Of a stretch of DNA of 64,000 nucleotides, positions 56,465 through 64,000 are shown one piece after another; position 1 is the first letter of the stretch, and each line of letters starts with the position of its first letter. The notes below the pieces were generated by a model. That model saw only the letters and a program-made list of their open reading frames with translations. It was not told the DNA's origin and did no database searches. Source of the DNA: Thermoanaerobaculia bacterium (lineage in GTDB: Bacteria; Acidobacteriota; Thermoanaerobaculia; UBA5066); NCBI GenBank assembly GCA_963719225.1, contig CAVRAY010000001.1, forward strand, positions 32,001 through 96,000, in the 5' to 3' direction. Both the position numbers and the translations under genes were made by a program.

Positions 56465-56883
56465 AATTCTGGGACTCTTCGGCGATCGTGCCTCTTGTCG
56501 TGAGCGACGCTGCCACGCCGGGGGTGTCCGCCCTCTTTCGGCAGGACCCGGGACAGATCGTCTGGTGCCTGACCGAGGTCGAAGTTCACTCCGCGCTGGC
56601 GCGCCGCGACCGAGAGGGCAGCCTCGAAAAGGGACCGGGCGCCACGGCGCGAGAATCGCTCGTCGAGCTCGCCCGGAGCTGGGAGGAAGTCGTCGTTCTC
56701 GACGCCGTTCGTTCCCGTGCGATCCGTCTCTTGAGAGCCCATCCGCTGCGCGCGGCCGACGCGCTGCAGCTCGCCGCGGCACTCGTCGTATCGGAAGAAA
56801 GGCCGGAAAGCCTTCCCTTCGTCTCCCTGGACGATCGCCTGAGCGATGCCGCCCGCAAGGAAGGCTTCCCTGTCCTTCCCTAG
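56461..56883 (+). CDS. vapC: PIN-domain toxin
   Basis: FWDSSAIV, EVEV.SAL, LRAADALQLA, SLDDRL; ATGA overlap with the antitoxin. Confidence 0.92.
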   Translation: MKFWDSSAIVPLVVSDAATPGVSALFRQDPGQIVWCLTEVEVHSALARRDREGSLEKGPGATARESLVELARSWEEVVVLDAVRSRAIRLLRAHPLRAADALQLAAALVVSEERPESLPFVSLDDRLSDAARKEGFPVLP

Positions 56884-57994
56884 CGCCCCACCGGCACCCG
56901 GGGCGCGTCCGCTTCAGTCGACGGGCGCCAAGCTTTCCTTCTTGGCTCTGTTGCTCGTTCTGGAAGGTTGCGAACGAGGATCTGGAGCCGCGGACCGGTC
57001 CCTGAAGCAGCCTGGAGAGCAGGGTGCCGATGGCTGGGAGGAGATCCAAATAGGGACGGACGCGGTCTTCAACGGCCTCCACTTCGTGGACGCGGAGGTC
57101 GGGTGGATCGTGGGCGGAAGCCCGTTCGTCTCCGGCGGCATCGTGGGTCGGACGGAGGACGGCGGGAGGACGTGGAGGTACCACACGGGGGTGGCGGGGA
57201 TCCGGCGCTCCTCCTACTCGGTGAACGCGATACACGCCTTCGACCGGGAGCGGGCCTGCGCCGCGGCCGACGACGGGATCCTCCTTACGTCCGACGGCGG
57301 CGAGACCTGGCGCTCGGCCCGCCACGGCACGGGAAACAGAACTCACCTCTTCGGCATGGACTTTCTCGACGACCGTGAAGGTTGGGCGGCGGGACTCGGC
57401 GGCGTGTGGCATACGACCGACGCCGGCGAGAGCTGGAGCGCTCTCGGCGAGGAATCTGCGGGCTCGGGCGGAAGCGTGGGAGGACGCGCCCTTCACTTCG
57501 TCGACTCGCGGAACGGCTGGCTCGCGGGGCAGCACGCGAACTTCTGGCGCACGCGGGACGGAGGCGAGACCTGGGCGCGCGTCCCTCTTCCCCAGCCGGA
57601 GAAAGCGCCCGAGCACCCGCCGTTCCTCTTCGGAATGACTTGGGTAAACGCCTCCGAGGGCTGGGTCGTGGGGGAGTTCGGGACGATCCTCCACACGTCG
57701 GACGGCGGGGACTCGTGGACGCTTCAGAACGCCGGCACGCGCGAGGCCTTCCTGACGGCCGTGCAGTTCGTGAGCCGCTCGGGCTGGATCGTGGGCTTCG
57801 TGCCCGACAAGGCCCGGTCGATCGTGTGGCACTCCGCCGACGCGGGAGTCACCTGGTCCGAGGAGCGGCGGCTGGAGGGGGAAGAGCTGCGCACTCTCCA
57901 GATGCTCGACGCGGACACGGGCTGGACGGTGGGCGATCGCGTGAGGACGGAGCCGCAGCGGATGCTCCGGCGCACGCGGCGTCCCGACCGATAG
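56846..57994 (+). CDS. YCF48/BNR (Asp-box) beta-propeller, probable lipoprotein; start uncertain
   Basis: Repeated T.DGG.TW and F.D...GW motifs; LLLVLEGC lipobox-like segment. Confidence 0.82.
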   Translation: MPPARKASLSFPSAPPAPGARPLQSTGAKLSFLALLLVLEGCERGSGAADRSLKQPGEQGADGWEEIQIGTDAVFNGLHFVDAEVGWIVGGSPFVSGGIVGRTEDGGRTWRYHTGVAGIRRSSYSVNAIHAFDRERACAAADDGILLTSDGGETWRSARHGTGNRTHLFGMDFLDDREGWAAGLGGVWHTTDAGESWSALGEESAGSGGSVGGRALHFVDSRNGWLAGQHANFWRTRDGGETWARVPLPQPEKAPEHPPFLFGMTWVNASEGWVVGEFGTILHTSDGGDSWTLQNAGTREAFLTAVQFVSRSGWIVGFVPDKARSIVWHSADAGVTWSEERRLEGEELRTLQMLDADTGWTVGDRVRTEPQRMLRRTRRPDR

Positions 57995-57998
57995 GGGC

Positions 57999-59693
57999 CT
58001 ATTCCGAAAAGCGGATCGAGCGGACCAGCGCGTCGAGGGGCCCCTTCGTCTCCTCGACGGTGCCCTGCACGGATCCCGCCGCGAGGAGCCTCCCCGCGTT
58101 CACGAAGAGGATCGTGCGCTTGTGAAACACGTGGCTCAGGGGATCCCACGTGTCGACCGCGAGCGCTTCCTTCGAGCCGATCTTCATCCGTGTCCGTCCG
58201 GCGATTTCCCGGCGTCGCGCCTCGTGGTCGAAGAGGCGCAGGGCGCGCTGGACGACGGCCTCGTCTTCGATCCCGCTCCCAGCCGCGACTTCGCCTCCGT
58301 CGACGAAGAGGAGTCTCGCTTCGCCGTGCCGGAGCTCCTGGCGTTCCCCGTAATCGATGCGCTCCCAGCCGCGGGGGATGCGCACGGTCACGCGGTGCTC
58401 TCCGACCCGGAGCTGGGTCGTGTCGCCGCCGGCCGGCTCTGCGCGGGGAGTCTCCTCGATCGTCATTCGGGAGGCATCGTCGCCCGCGGCCGGGAAGGTC
58501 ACGGAGGCGACGAGGTTCTCGAGGACGGGGAGGTCCGCCCCGCGTCCGAGAAAAGTGAACACGAACGCGTGGCCGCCGGCGACAGTGAAGAACTCGCGAC
58601 CGCGGTGCTGCATGGACCGCTCGCGAAGCGTGTAGTCCGTCTGGAAGGCCGGAAGCCCCGCGACGACCGTGCGCACCGGCTCTCGGACCGTCACCGAGTC
58701 CGCGGAACGGAATTGCTCGCGCGTCAGACGGAAGCGCGGGAGGACCTCCTCGGCGTCGTTCGGGGCCGTTTCCAGCGCCGCCTCGGCCACGACGATGCGG
58801 CTCGGAGGGACCGCGTAGCGCGTAAACGAAACGCCTTTCCGGCCGCCTTCCGCATGACGCTCGCGCGTCCAGCTCCCCCTGGGGGGCGAAAAGGCGATCG
58901 GCTGGCTCCCCCACCGGAAAGTCTCGCTCGGTTCGGGGGCCGACGTCTCGGAAACGCCTGTCGCAGGCGGCGGCGCGTGTGTGCGGCTTTTCGAAAAGAA
59001 GAACGCACCGCCGGCGATCAGGATGGCCGCCCCCGCGCCGGCGAAAAGGAAATTGAGCGGGTCGGCGGCCCCCGTCTGTCGATCTCCCGGCACGGTCACG
59101 TAGTCGCGGATGCTCGGATGCCGGAGAAGGCTCATGGCGAGAATCAACGGAATGGACTGGATCGCGAGGCCGATGCCGGCAGCCGCCCGGAGAAGGGCGA
59201 TTGCGTTCCCGGCGTCCTGGTCGGTCTGCTCGAGGCCGGAGGCCGGAGCGGCCGCGATCGCGACGGACCGCGTGGCGTGGAAAACGGACAGGCCGATGGC
59301 GAGGAGGCCGACGAAAACGAGCAGTGCGCGGGACCAGGGCTTTCGGCGCAGCAGAGAGACGGCGCCGACGACGCCGAGCGCCGCAACGAGAAGGAGAGGG
59401 CCCGCGAGGTTTCGCTCCAGCGCCGTGCGCTTCTCGCGTTGCGCGAGGAGCTGTCGCATTTCGTCGGTGACGAGATCGGGAGCCGCCGCCGCCACGCGCG
59501 CCGTCGTGTCCGTGTCGCTGAGCCGGGAAGACGCGGCCGCATTTCCGAGAACGAAGAGCGCGCGCAGGCCGGCGAAGCCGGAAAGGAGCAGCCAGAGGAC
59601 GACCAGGACGGTCACGAGAATCGGGCGGGGGTCGGCACGGGCCGGGCGCGACGTCGCCGGTCTCGCCTCGCCCGTCGTTTCCATGAAACTCAA
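57999..59693 (-). CDS. Multi-TM membrane protein with two tandem PsbP/DcrB-like soluble domains
   Basis: About 5 hydrophobic helices, then two repeats starting P.G(S)W and ending LVASVTF / LVRSIRF. Confidence 0.6.
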   Translation of the reverse strand: MSFMETTGEARPATSRPARADPRPILVTVLVVLWLLLSGFAGLRALFVLGNAAASSRLSDTDTTARVAAAAPDLVTDEMRQLLAQREKRTALERNLAGPLLLVAALGVVGAVSLLRRKPWSRALLVFVGLLAIGLSVFHATRSVAIAAAPASGLEQTDQDAGNAIALLRAAAGIGLAIQSIPLILAMSLLRHPSIRDYVTVPGDRQTGAADPLNFLFAGAGAAILIAGGAFFFSKSRTHAPPPATGVSETSAPEPSETFRWGSQPIAFSPPRGSWTRERHAEGGRKGVSFTRYAVPPSRIVVAEAALETAPNDAEEVLPRFRLTREQFRSADSVTVREPVRTVVAGLPAFQTDYTLRERSMQHRGREFFTVAGGHAFVFTFLGRGADLPVLENLVASVTFPAAGDDASRMTIEETPRAEPAGGDTTQLRVGEHRVTVRIPRGWERIDYGERQELRHGEARLLFVDGGEVAAGSGIEDEAVVQRALRLFDHEARRREIAGRTRMKIGSKEALAVDTWDPLSHVFHKRTILFVNAGRLLAAGSVQGTVEETKGPLDALVRSIRFSE

Positions 59694-59772
59694 GTTATCA
59701 GACCTGTGCCTCTCGCCGGCGAAACGGCGTTACTGTCCGCCTATTTTCGGCGGCCGCGAAGCGGCTTGCCGA

Positions 59773-60867
59773 CTAGCGGGTGATCGAGGCGAAGAGGACG
59801 AGAAGGAGCACGGCAGCAACGATCGCGAGTCCGATCTTGACCCACGACCATGGCGCGCTGCCGGCCGTCTTCCCGGTGACGCCGTTCACGAGGAAGCGGT
59901 AGGGCTTGCCCGCGTACTGGTAAGCCGCGATCCAGACGGGTAAGAGCCCGTTCTTGTACGCGAGGCCCGACCACGCCGTACGGACCTGCAGATTGCGGAA
60001 TCGGTCCCCGGGCACTTCGTTTCCGCCGGCGGCGTAAAGCTCCTGTGTCATGCGCTGCTGCGCGGATAAGAGCGCCTCTTTCGGCCCGACCGCGTACTCC
60101 TCGGCGAGGAAGCCCGAGAGGTACGACGGCTCGTACGGGATGAGCCCGCCCGTCGGGAACGGCTCGACCGCGCGCGCGAGGTCGGGAGGCAGACCCCGCG
60201 AGGCCGCGACGGGCACGTCGTCGAAGAAGTGCTCGAGCACGCCCTCGGCCGGTTCCCACCGCGTGCGCGTTTCCTGGCGCGTCACCCACTTGCCGTTCTC
60301 CTCGACCTGAACCGAGACCTGGTAGTCGTAACCTGCCTCCGCCGTCCACGCCGAATGCGTCGCGGCGTCGAACGTCCAGAACGGGACGTAGACGCCTTTC
60401 AGCTCGGACAACGCGGATTTCTGCGAGAGATCGTCCGGCCGGAACCACAAGCCCGTGAGCCATTGGCGGAACTTTCCGGCTGCGCCGTCCCGGTCCACCT
60501 GAAACGGGAGTAGACCTTCGGGCCGCACCATCGCCTCGTTCGCCGGCGCCTCGACGACCGAAGGCGCGCCGCAGAAAGCGCAGCGTGACGCCGCAATCCC
60601 CGAATCGAACGTCGTCGTCGCGCCGCAGCCCCGGCACGTGACGGCCTTGCGCGCCAGACCCCAGCCGAGGTCCGACGCACCCTTGAGCGCGTCTTCGATC
60701 GGTCGCTCGATCACCTCGCCCGGCGCTTTCGGAAGGTCCTCCTTCGCGCCACAGTACGGGCACGTGAGTGCCGCCGCACCGGGGCTCCACACCACGTCCG
60801 CCCCGCACGCGGCGCATGGAAATTTCCGGAGCTTCGCCGGAGCGGCCGGCGCCGCGCCTAATTCCAT
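59773..60867 (-). CDS. Zinc-ribbon membrane protein (YdjG-like)
   Basis: Four CxxC (CAAC, CPYC, CRGC, CAFC), YVPFWTFD, LLPVW, VNG.TGK, C-terminal TM. Confidence 0.82.
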   Translation of the reverse strand: MELGAAPAAPAKLRKFPCAACGADVVWSPGAAALTCPYCGAKEDLPKAPGEVIERPIEDALKGASDLGWGLARKAVTCRGCGATTTFDSGIAASRCAFCGAPSVVEAPANEAMVRPEGLLPFQVDRDGAAGKFRQWLTGLWFRPDDLSQKSALSELKGVYVPFWTFDAATHSAWTAEAGYDYQVSVQVEENGKWVTRQETRTRWEPAEGVLEHFFDDVPVAASRGLPPDLARAVEPFPTGGLIPYEPSYLSGFLAEEYAVGPKEALLSAQQRMTQELYAAGGNEVPGDRFRNLQVRTAWSGLAYKNGLLPVWIAAYQYAGKPYRFLVNGVTGKTAGSAPWSWVKIGLAIVAAVLLLVLFASITR

Positions 60868-60880
60868 TTCGGATTACACG

Positions 60881-62029
60881 TCAGCGCGCGGGCGGAGGCG
60901 GCGGCGCCGTGGGCGGAGGCGGAGCCGACGAGCCGGAGAACTCCTCGAACGTCGAGAGCGGCGCCCATCCGGCGGCGCCGGGCTTCCACGCGAGGGTTGC
61001 GGGAGCGACCTGGCCGGCGGCCACCATGCCCTTCAAAGCATCGTCCGTGTACGGGCCGTAGGTCTTGCCGTCGATCGTGACCGACCAGCGCGGTGCGGCG
61101 AAGCCCAGCCCCGCGGGAGGCGGCGGAGCGCCCGGCGCGGGCGGAGGTCCTCCCATGCCGCTGGCCAGAGCGCCGCCCATCATCCCGCCCATTGCGATGC
61201 CCGCGCCGATCCCGACGCCGGCGCCGGCGGCGCCGCCCGGGTTCGCGGCCGCGATCTTCATCGCGTCCGCGGCCTGGAGCTGCGTGTACTGGCCCATCCG
61301 GTCGCCGAGGACGCCCAGCTTCGTGCGCTGGTCGATCGCGGCCTCGACCTCTTCGGGCAGCGAGACGTTCTCGATGAAGAACTTCGAGAGCTCGAGGCCG
61401 TACGCGGCGAACTCGGGCCCGAGAATCTGCCGGGCCTGCGCGGAGAGCTCGTCGTACTTGGACGCGATGTCGAGAGCGGAGACCTTCGCCTCTGCGATCG
61501 CGTCGGAGAGGCGCGAGAGAATCGTCGAACGCAGCTGCCCCGTGATCTCGTCGGTCGTCGTGAGGCCCTGCGTTCCGACGATCGTCGCGAAGAACGCCTT
61601 GGGATCGGAGATCTTCATCGCGTACGTGCCGAACGCGCGCAGGCGGATCATCCCGAACTCGGCGTCGCGCATCATCACGGGGTTCGTCGTGCCCCACTTC
61701 AGGTCCGTGAAGAAACGCATGTTGAAGAAGTAGACCTCGGCCTTGAACGGCGACTGGAAGCCGTACTTCCACCCCCGCAGCGTCGTGAGGATCGGGAGGT
61801 TCTGCGTCGTGAGCTGGAAGCGGCCCGGCCCGAAGAGATCGGCCGCCTTTCCCTCGTTGATGAAGAGCGCGGCCTGGTTCTCGCGGACCGTGAGCTGCGC
61901 GTTCATCTTGATTTCCTGGTTGTAGACCGGGAACCGGTAGACGAGCGAGTCGTTCGTGTCGTCGAGCCACTGGAGGATCTCGATGAACTGCGAGCCCATC
62001 TGCTGTTTGATGTTGTCGAGCAGGCCCAT
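60881..62029 (-). CDS. SPFH-domain protein (YdjI-like) with C-terminal GYF_2 domain
   Basis: QLTVRENQ.A, L.T.NLPIL, SPFKAEVYF, KWGT, LRAFG; TYGPY...TLAWKPG...W; AAGGAGG RBS. Confidence 0.9.
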   Translation of the reverse strand: MGLLDNIKQQMGSQFIEILQWLDDTNDSLVYRFPVYNQEIKMNAQLTVRENQAALFINEGKAADLFGPGRFQLTTQNLPILTTLRGWKYGFQSPFKAEVYFFNMRFFTDLKWGTTNPVMMRDAEFGMIRLRAFGTYAMKISDPKAFFATIVGTQGLTTTDEITGQLRSTILSRLSDAIAEAKVSALDIASKYDELSAQARQILGPEFAAYGLELSKFFIENVSLPEEVEAAIDQRTKLGVLGDRMGQYTQLQAADAMKIAAANPGGAAGAGVGIGAGIAMGGMMGGALASGMGGPPPAPGAPPPPAGLGFAAPRWSVTIDGKTYGPYTDDALKGMVAAGQVAPATLAWKPGAAGWAPLSTFEEFSGSSAPPPPTAPPPPPAR

Positions 62030-62066
62030 GGACGAACCTCCTTGGAGTGAAAGCGGCTGATCCAGT

Positions 62067-62333
62067 CTATCCAATGATACGGATCCGGAGGGGTACGGGT
62101 TCAAGCCTCATCCGGAAGGACTTACGGGATTCCCAGCGGTGAAACGGGGCGTCCACGTCCGTGCCCGTGTTCGCGACCATCTCGATCTTCCCGATCTGGA
62201 ACGTCGTGCCGCCCGCGTAAAGCGGACGGGAGGCCTCACGGCTGAGGTGGTCTTTGACGACCGGGCCGGGCAGGCCCTTGTACGTGACCATGCCCGCCTC
62301 GACCGTGTGGCTGAGGTCGAGAAGGCTCGCCAT
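62067..62333 (-). pseudogene. Truncated cyclase / kynurenine formamidase family gene
   Basis: LLDLSH...NTGTDVDAPFH, then similarity stops at about aa 66 of a family that is normally over 200 aa. Confidence 0.75.
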
Positions 62334-63639
62334 GGCGCGAGGATACCGGCTGCGCGGGACGCGGGGCCGGGCGGCCCTGACGTGACGCCATCGCAGCTTC
62401 GTGCTGACCCCTTCTTTCCGCTTTCTCCTTCGCCCTCTTCCGCTCCTCGGCCTTGCGCGCGCGGATCGCGGCGATGCGCTCCTGGATCGGAACCTCGAAG
62501 CGCTCCGTGGGGCGCGTCGCGTAATCGAACTCCGGCACCGTGACGCGCGGCAGGCGCTTGCCGATCGCGCGCTCGATCTGGCGGAGGTCCGCCTCTTCGT
62601 CCGGCGCGACGAACGTGAAGGCGTCGCCCTTCAGCTCCGCGCGCGCCGTGCGGCCCACGCGGTGGATGTAGTCCTCGGGGACGTGCGGGACGTCGAAGTT
62701 CACGACGTGCGAGAGGGCCTCGACGTCGATGCCTCGCGCCGCGATGTCCGTCGCGACGAGGACCTTGAACTTCCCGTCCTTGAACCCCGCGAGCGCCGCG
62801 GTCCGCTGAGCCTGGCTGCGGTTGCCGTGGATACGCTCGCAGTGCACGCCCTGGCGCGTGAGCTGGTCCGCGAGGCGGTTCGCGCGGTGCTTCGTGCGCG
62901 TGAAGGCGAGAACGCTCTTGAAGTCTCCGCGCTTGAGCAGCGAGAGGAGAAGCGCGAACTTGAGGTCCTGCGGGACCGGGTAGACCGCCTGGGTGATCCC
63001 GACCGCGGGCAGGGCCTGCCGCTCGATGTTCACCAGGACCGGGTCCTTGAGCATCTCCTTGGAGAGCTGGGCGATCGGGGGCGGAATCGTCGCCGAGAAG
63101 AAGAGCGTCTGGCGATTCTGGGGAAGGTGCCTGAGGACGCGGCGGATGTCGGGCAGAAAGCCCATGTCGAGCATCCGGTCCGCCTCGTCGAGGACGAGGA
63201 TCTCGAGGCCGGCCAGCTTCGCGTAGCCGAAGCGGAAGTGGTCGAGGAGACGCCCGGGCGTCGCGACGATGACGTCGACGCCGCTCCGGAACGCGTGCTC
63301 CTGGGGTCCCATTCCGACGCCGCCGAAGACGGCCGCGCCGGACATCGCCGTGTGGACGGCGAGCTCCTTGAGATGTTCGTCGATCTGCGCCGCGAGCTCG
63401 CGCGTGGGGGTCAGGATCAACGCGCGCGTCGTGCCGCGCGGCTTGCCCATGAGGCGATGGAGGATCGGGAGGACGAACGCGGCCGTCTTGCCGCTGCCCG
63501 TCATCGCGCAGGCGAGGAGATCACGCCCCGCCATCACGGGAGGAATGGAGTCTCCCTGGATGGGAGTCGGGCGTGTGAAGCCCATCTCCTTGACGCCGCG
63601 CAGGAGGTCGGGGTGAAGACCGAACGAGGAAAAGGCCAT
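62236..63639 (-). CDS. rhlE: DEAD-box RNA helicase (RhlE-like)
   Basis: PTPIQ, TGSGKT, PTRELA, TPGRL, DEAD, SAT, ARGID, HRVGRTAR. Confidence 0.93.
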   Translation of the reverse strand: MAFSSFGLHPDLLRGVKEMGFTRPTPIQGDSIPPVMAGRDLLACAMTGSGKTAAFVLPILHRLMGKPRGTTRALILTPTRELAAQIDEHLKELAVHTAMSGAAVFGGVGMGPQEHAFRSGVDVIVATPGRLLDHFRFGYAKLAGLEILVLDEADRMLDMGFLPDIRRVLRHLPQNRQTLFFSATIPPPIAQLSKEMLKDPVLVNIERQALPAVGITQAVYPVPQDLKFALLLSLLKRGDFKSVLAFTRTKHRANRLADQLTRQGVHCERIHGNRSQAQRTAALAGFKDGKFKVLVATDIAARGIDVEALSHVVNFDVPHVPEDYIHRVGRTARAELKGDAFTFVAPDEEADLRQIERAIGKRLPRVTVPEFDYATRPTERFEVPIQERIAAIRARKAEERKRAKEKAERRGQHEAAMASRQGRPAPRPAQPVSSRHGEPSRPQPHGRGGHGHVQGPARPGRQRPPQP

Positions 63640-63738
63640 CTGAGGGGGGTTCGCTTTCGTTGCCGGGGCGCGTCGGGCGCGCCGCTCCGGCCGGCGTCAG
63701 AGTCTCATGGATCGGGGATTTCGGCAAATGCGCGCGGC

Positions 63739-64000
63739 TCAGCGCGTCCCGGGCGAGGCAGCTTTCGTCTCGACGACCTCCACGAGCGGGCTCGACAGGA
63801 GCCTCCGCGCATGACCGAGACGCGAGGCGATCGCGGCGGACGCGCGCGATCCGTGAGGCAGGACGAAGAGAGTGGGCGCGCCCGGAGCCGAAAGAACCGC
63901 GTCGGCTTCGGCCGCGAGCGTCGCGTTCGGGATCTCCTTCTCGTGGTACCAGCCCGGATGCGCCGCGACCGCGGAGGGAAAGAGGATCACGCGGCCCGGC
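63739..64000 (-). CDS. 3' end of a hypothetical protein (partial)
   Basis: Open frame running off the window edge; no recognisable motif. Confidence 0.45.
   Translation of the reverse strand, partial: PGRVILFPSAVAAHPGWYHEKEIPNATLAAEADAVLSAPGAPTLFVLPHGSRASAAIASRLGHARRLLSSPLVEVVETKAASPGTR

Noticed and set aside
56846-59693. Photosynthesis link from YCF48-like and PsbP-like folds plus BLUF
   Set aside because: These folds are widespread in non-phototrophs; no reaction-centre or chlorophyll genes are present

Overview
High-GC (by eye ~68-70%) bacterial chromosome segment. Gene content (TM/TPR Ser/Thr kinase, S46 peptidases, a '...DVSGYFE' C-terminal module) is most like Acidobacteriota, possibly Thermoanaerobaculia; this is an inference. 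It holds about 48 mostly ordinary genes: peptidases, signalling pairs, a BLUF protein, pheA/DAHP synthase, tRNA-His and tRNA-Arg, lon, an MFS transporter, mreBCD-mrdA-rodA-rng, ppiD-ruvA-ruvB, nadC-nadB, two tandem S46 dipeptidyl peptidases, vapBC, an SPFH/zinc-ribbon pair and rhlE. Two C-depleted low-complexity blocks (22921-26322 and 27521-~31509) interrupt it. The first is bounded by an exact 20-bp direct repeat, and removing it restores the lon stop codon; both blocks are most likely long-read or assembly artefacts. No integrase, transposase, reverse transcriptase, CRISPR array or rRNA was seen. Best leads: (1) an in-phase A_AAA_AAG slippery site at the end of nadC whose -1 frame runs into nadB; (2) a recurring -10 hexamer 6-7 nt before start codons, suggesting widespread leaderless mRNAs; (3) the repeat-bounded insertion in lon; (4) an M20-peptidase/surface-module chimeric gene; (5) a membrane-anchored LuxR + DUF4199 pair with a candidate operator.
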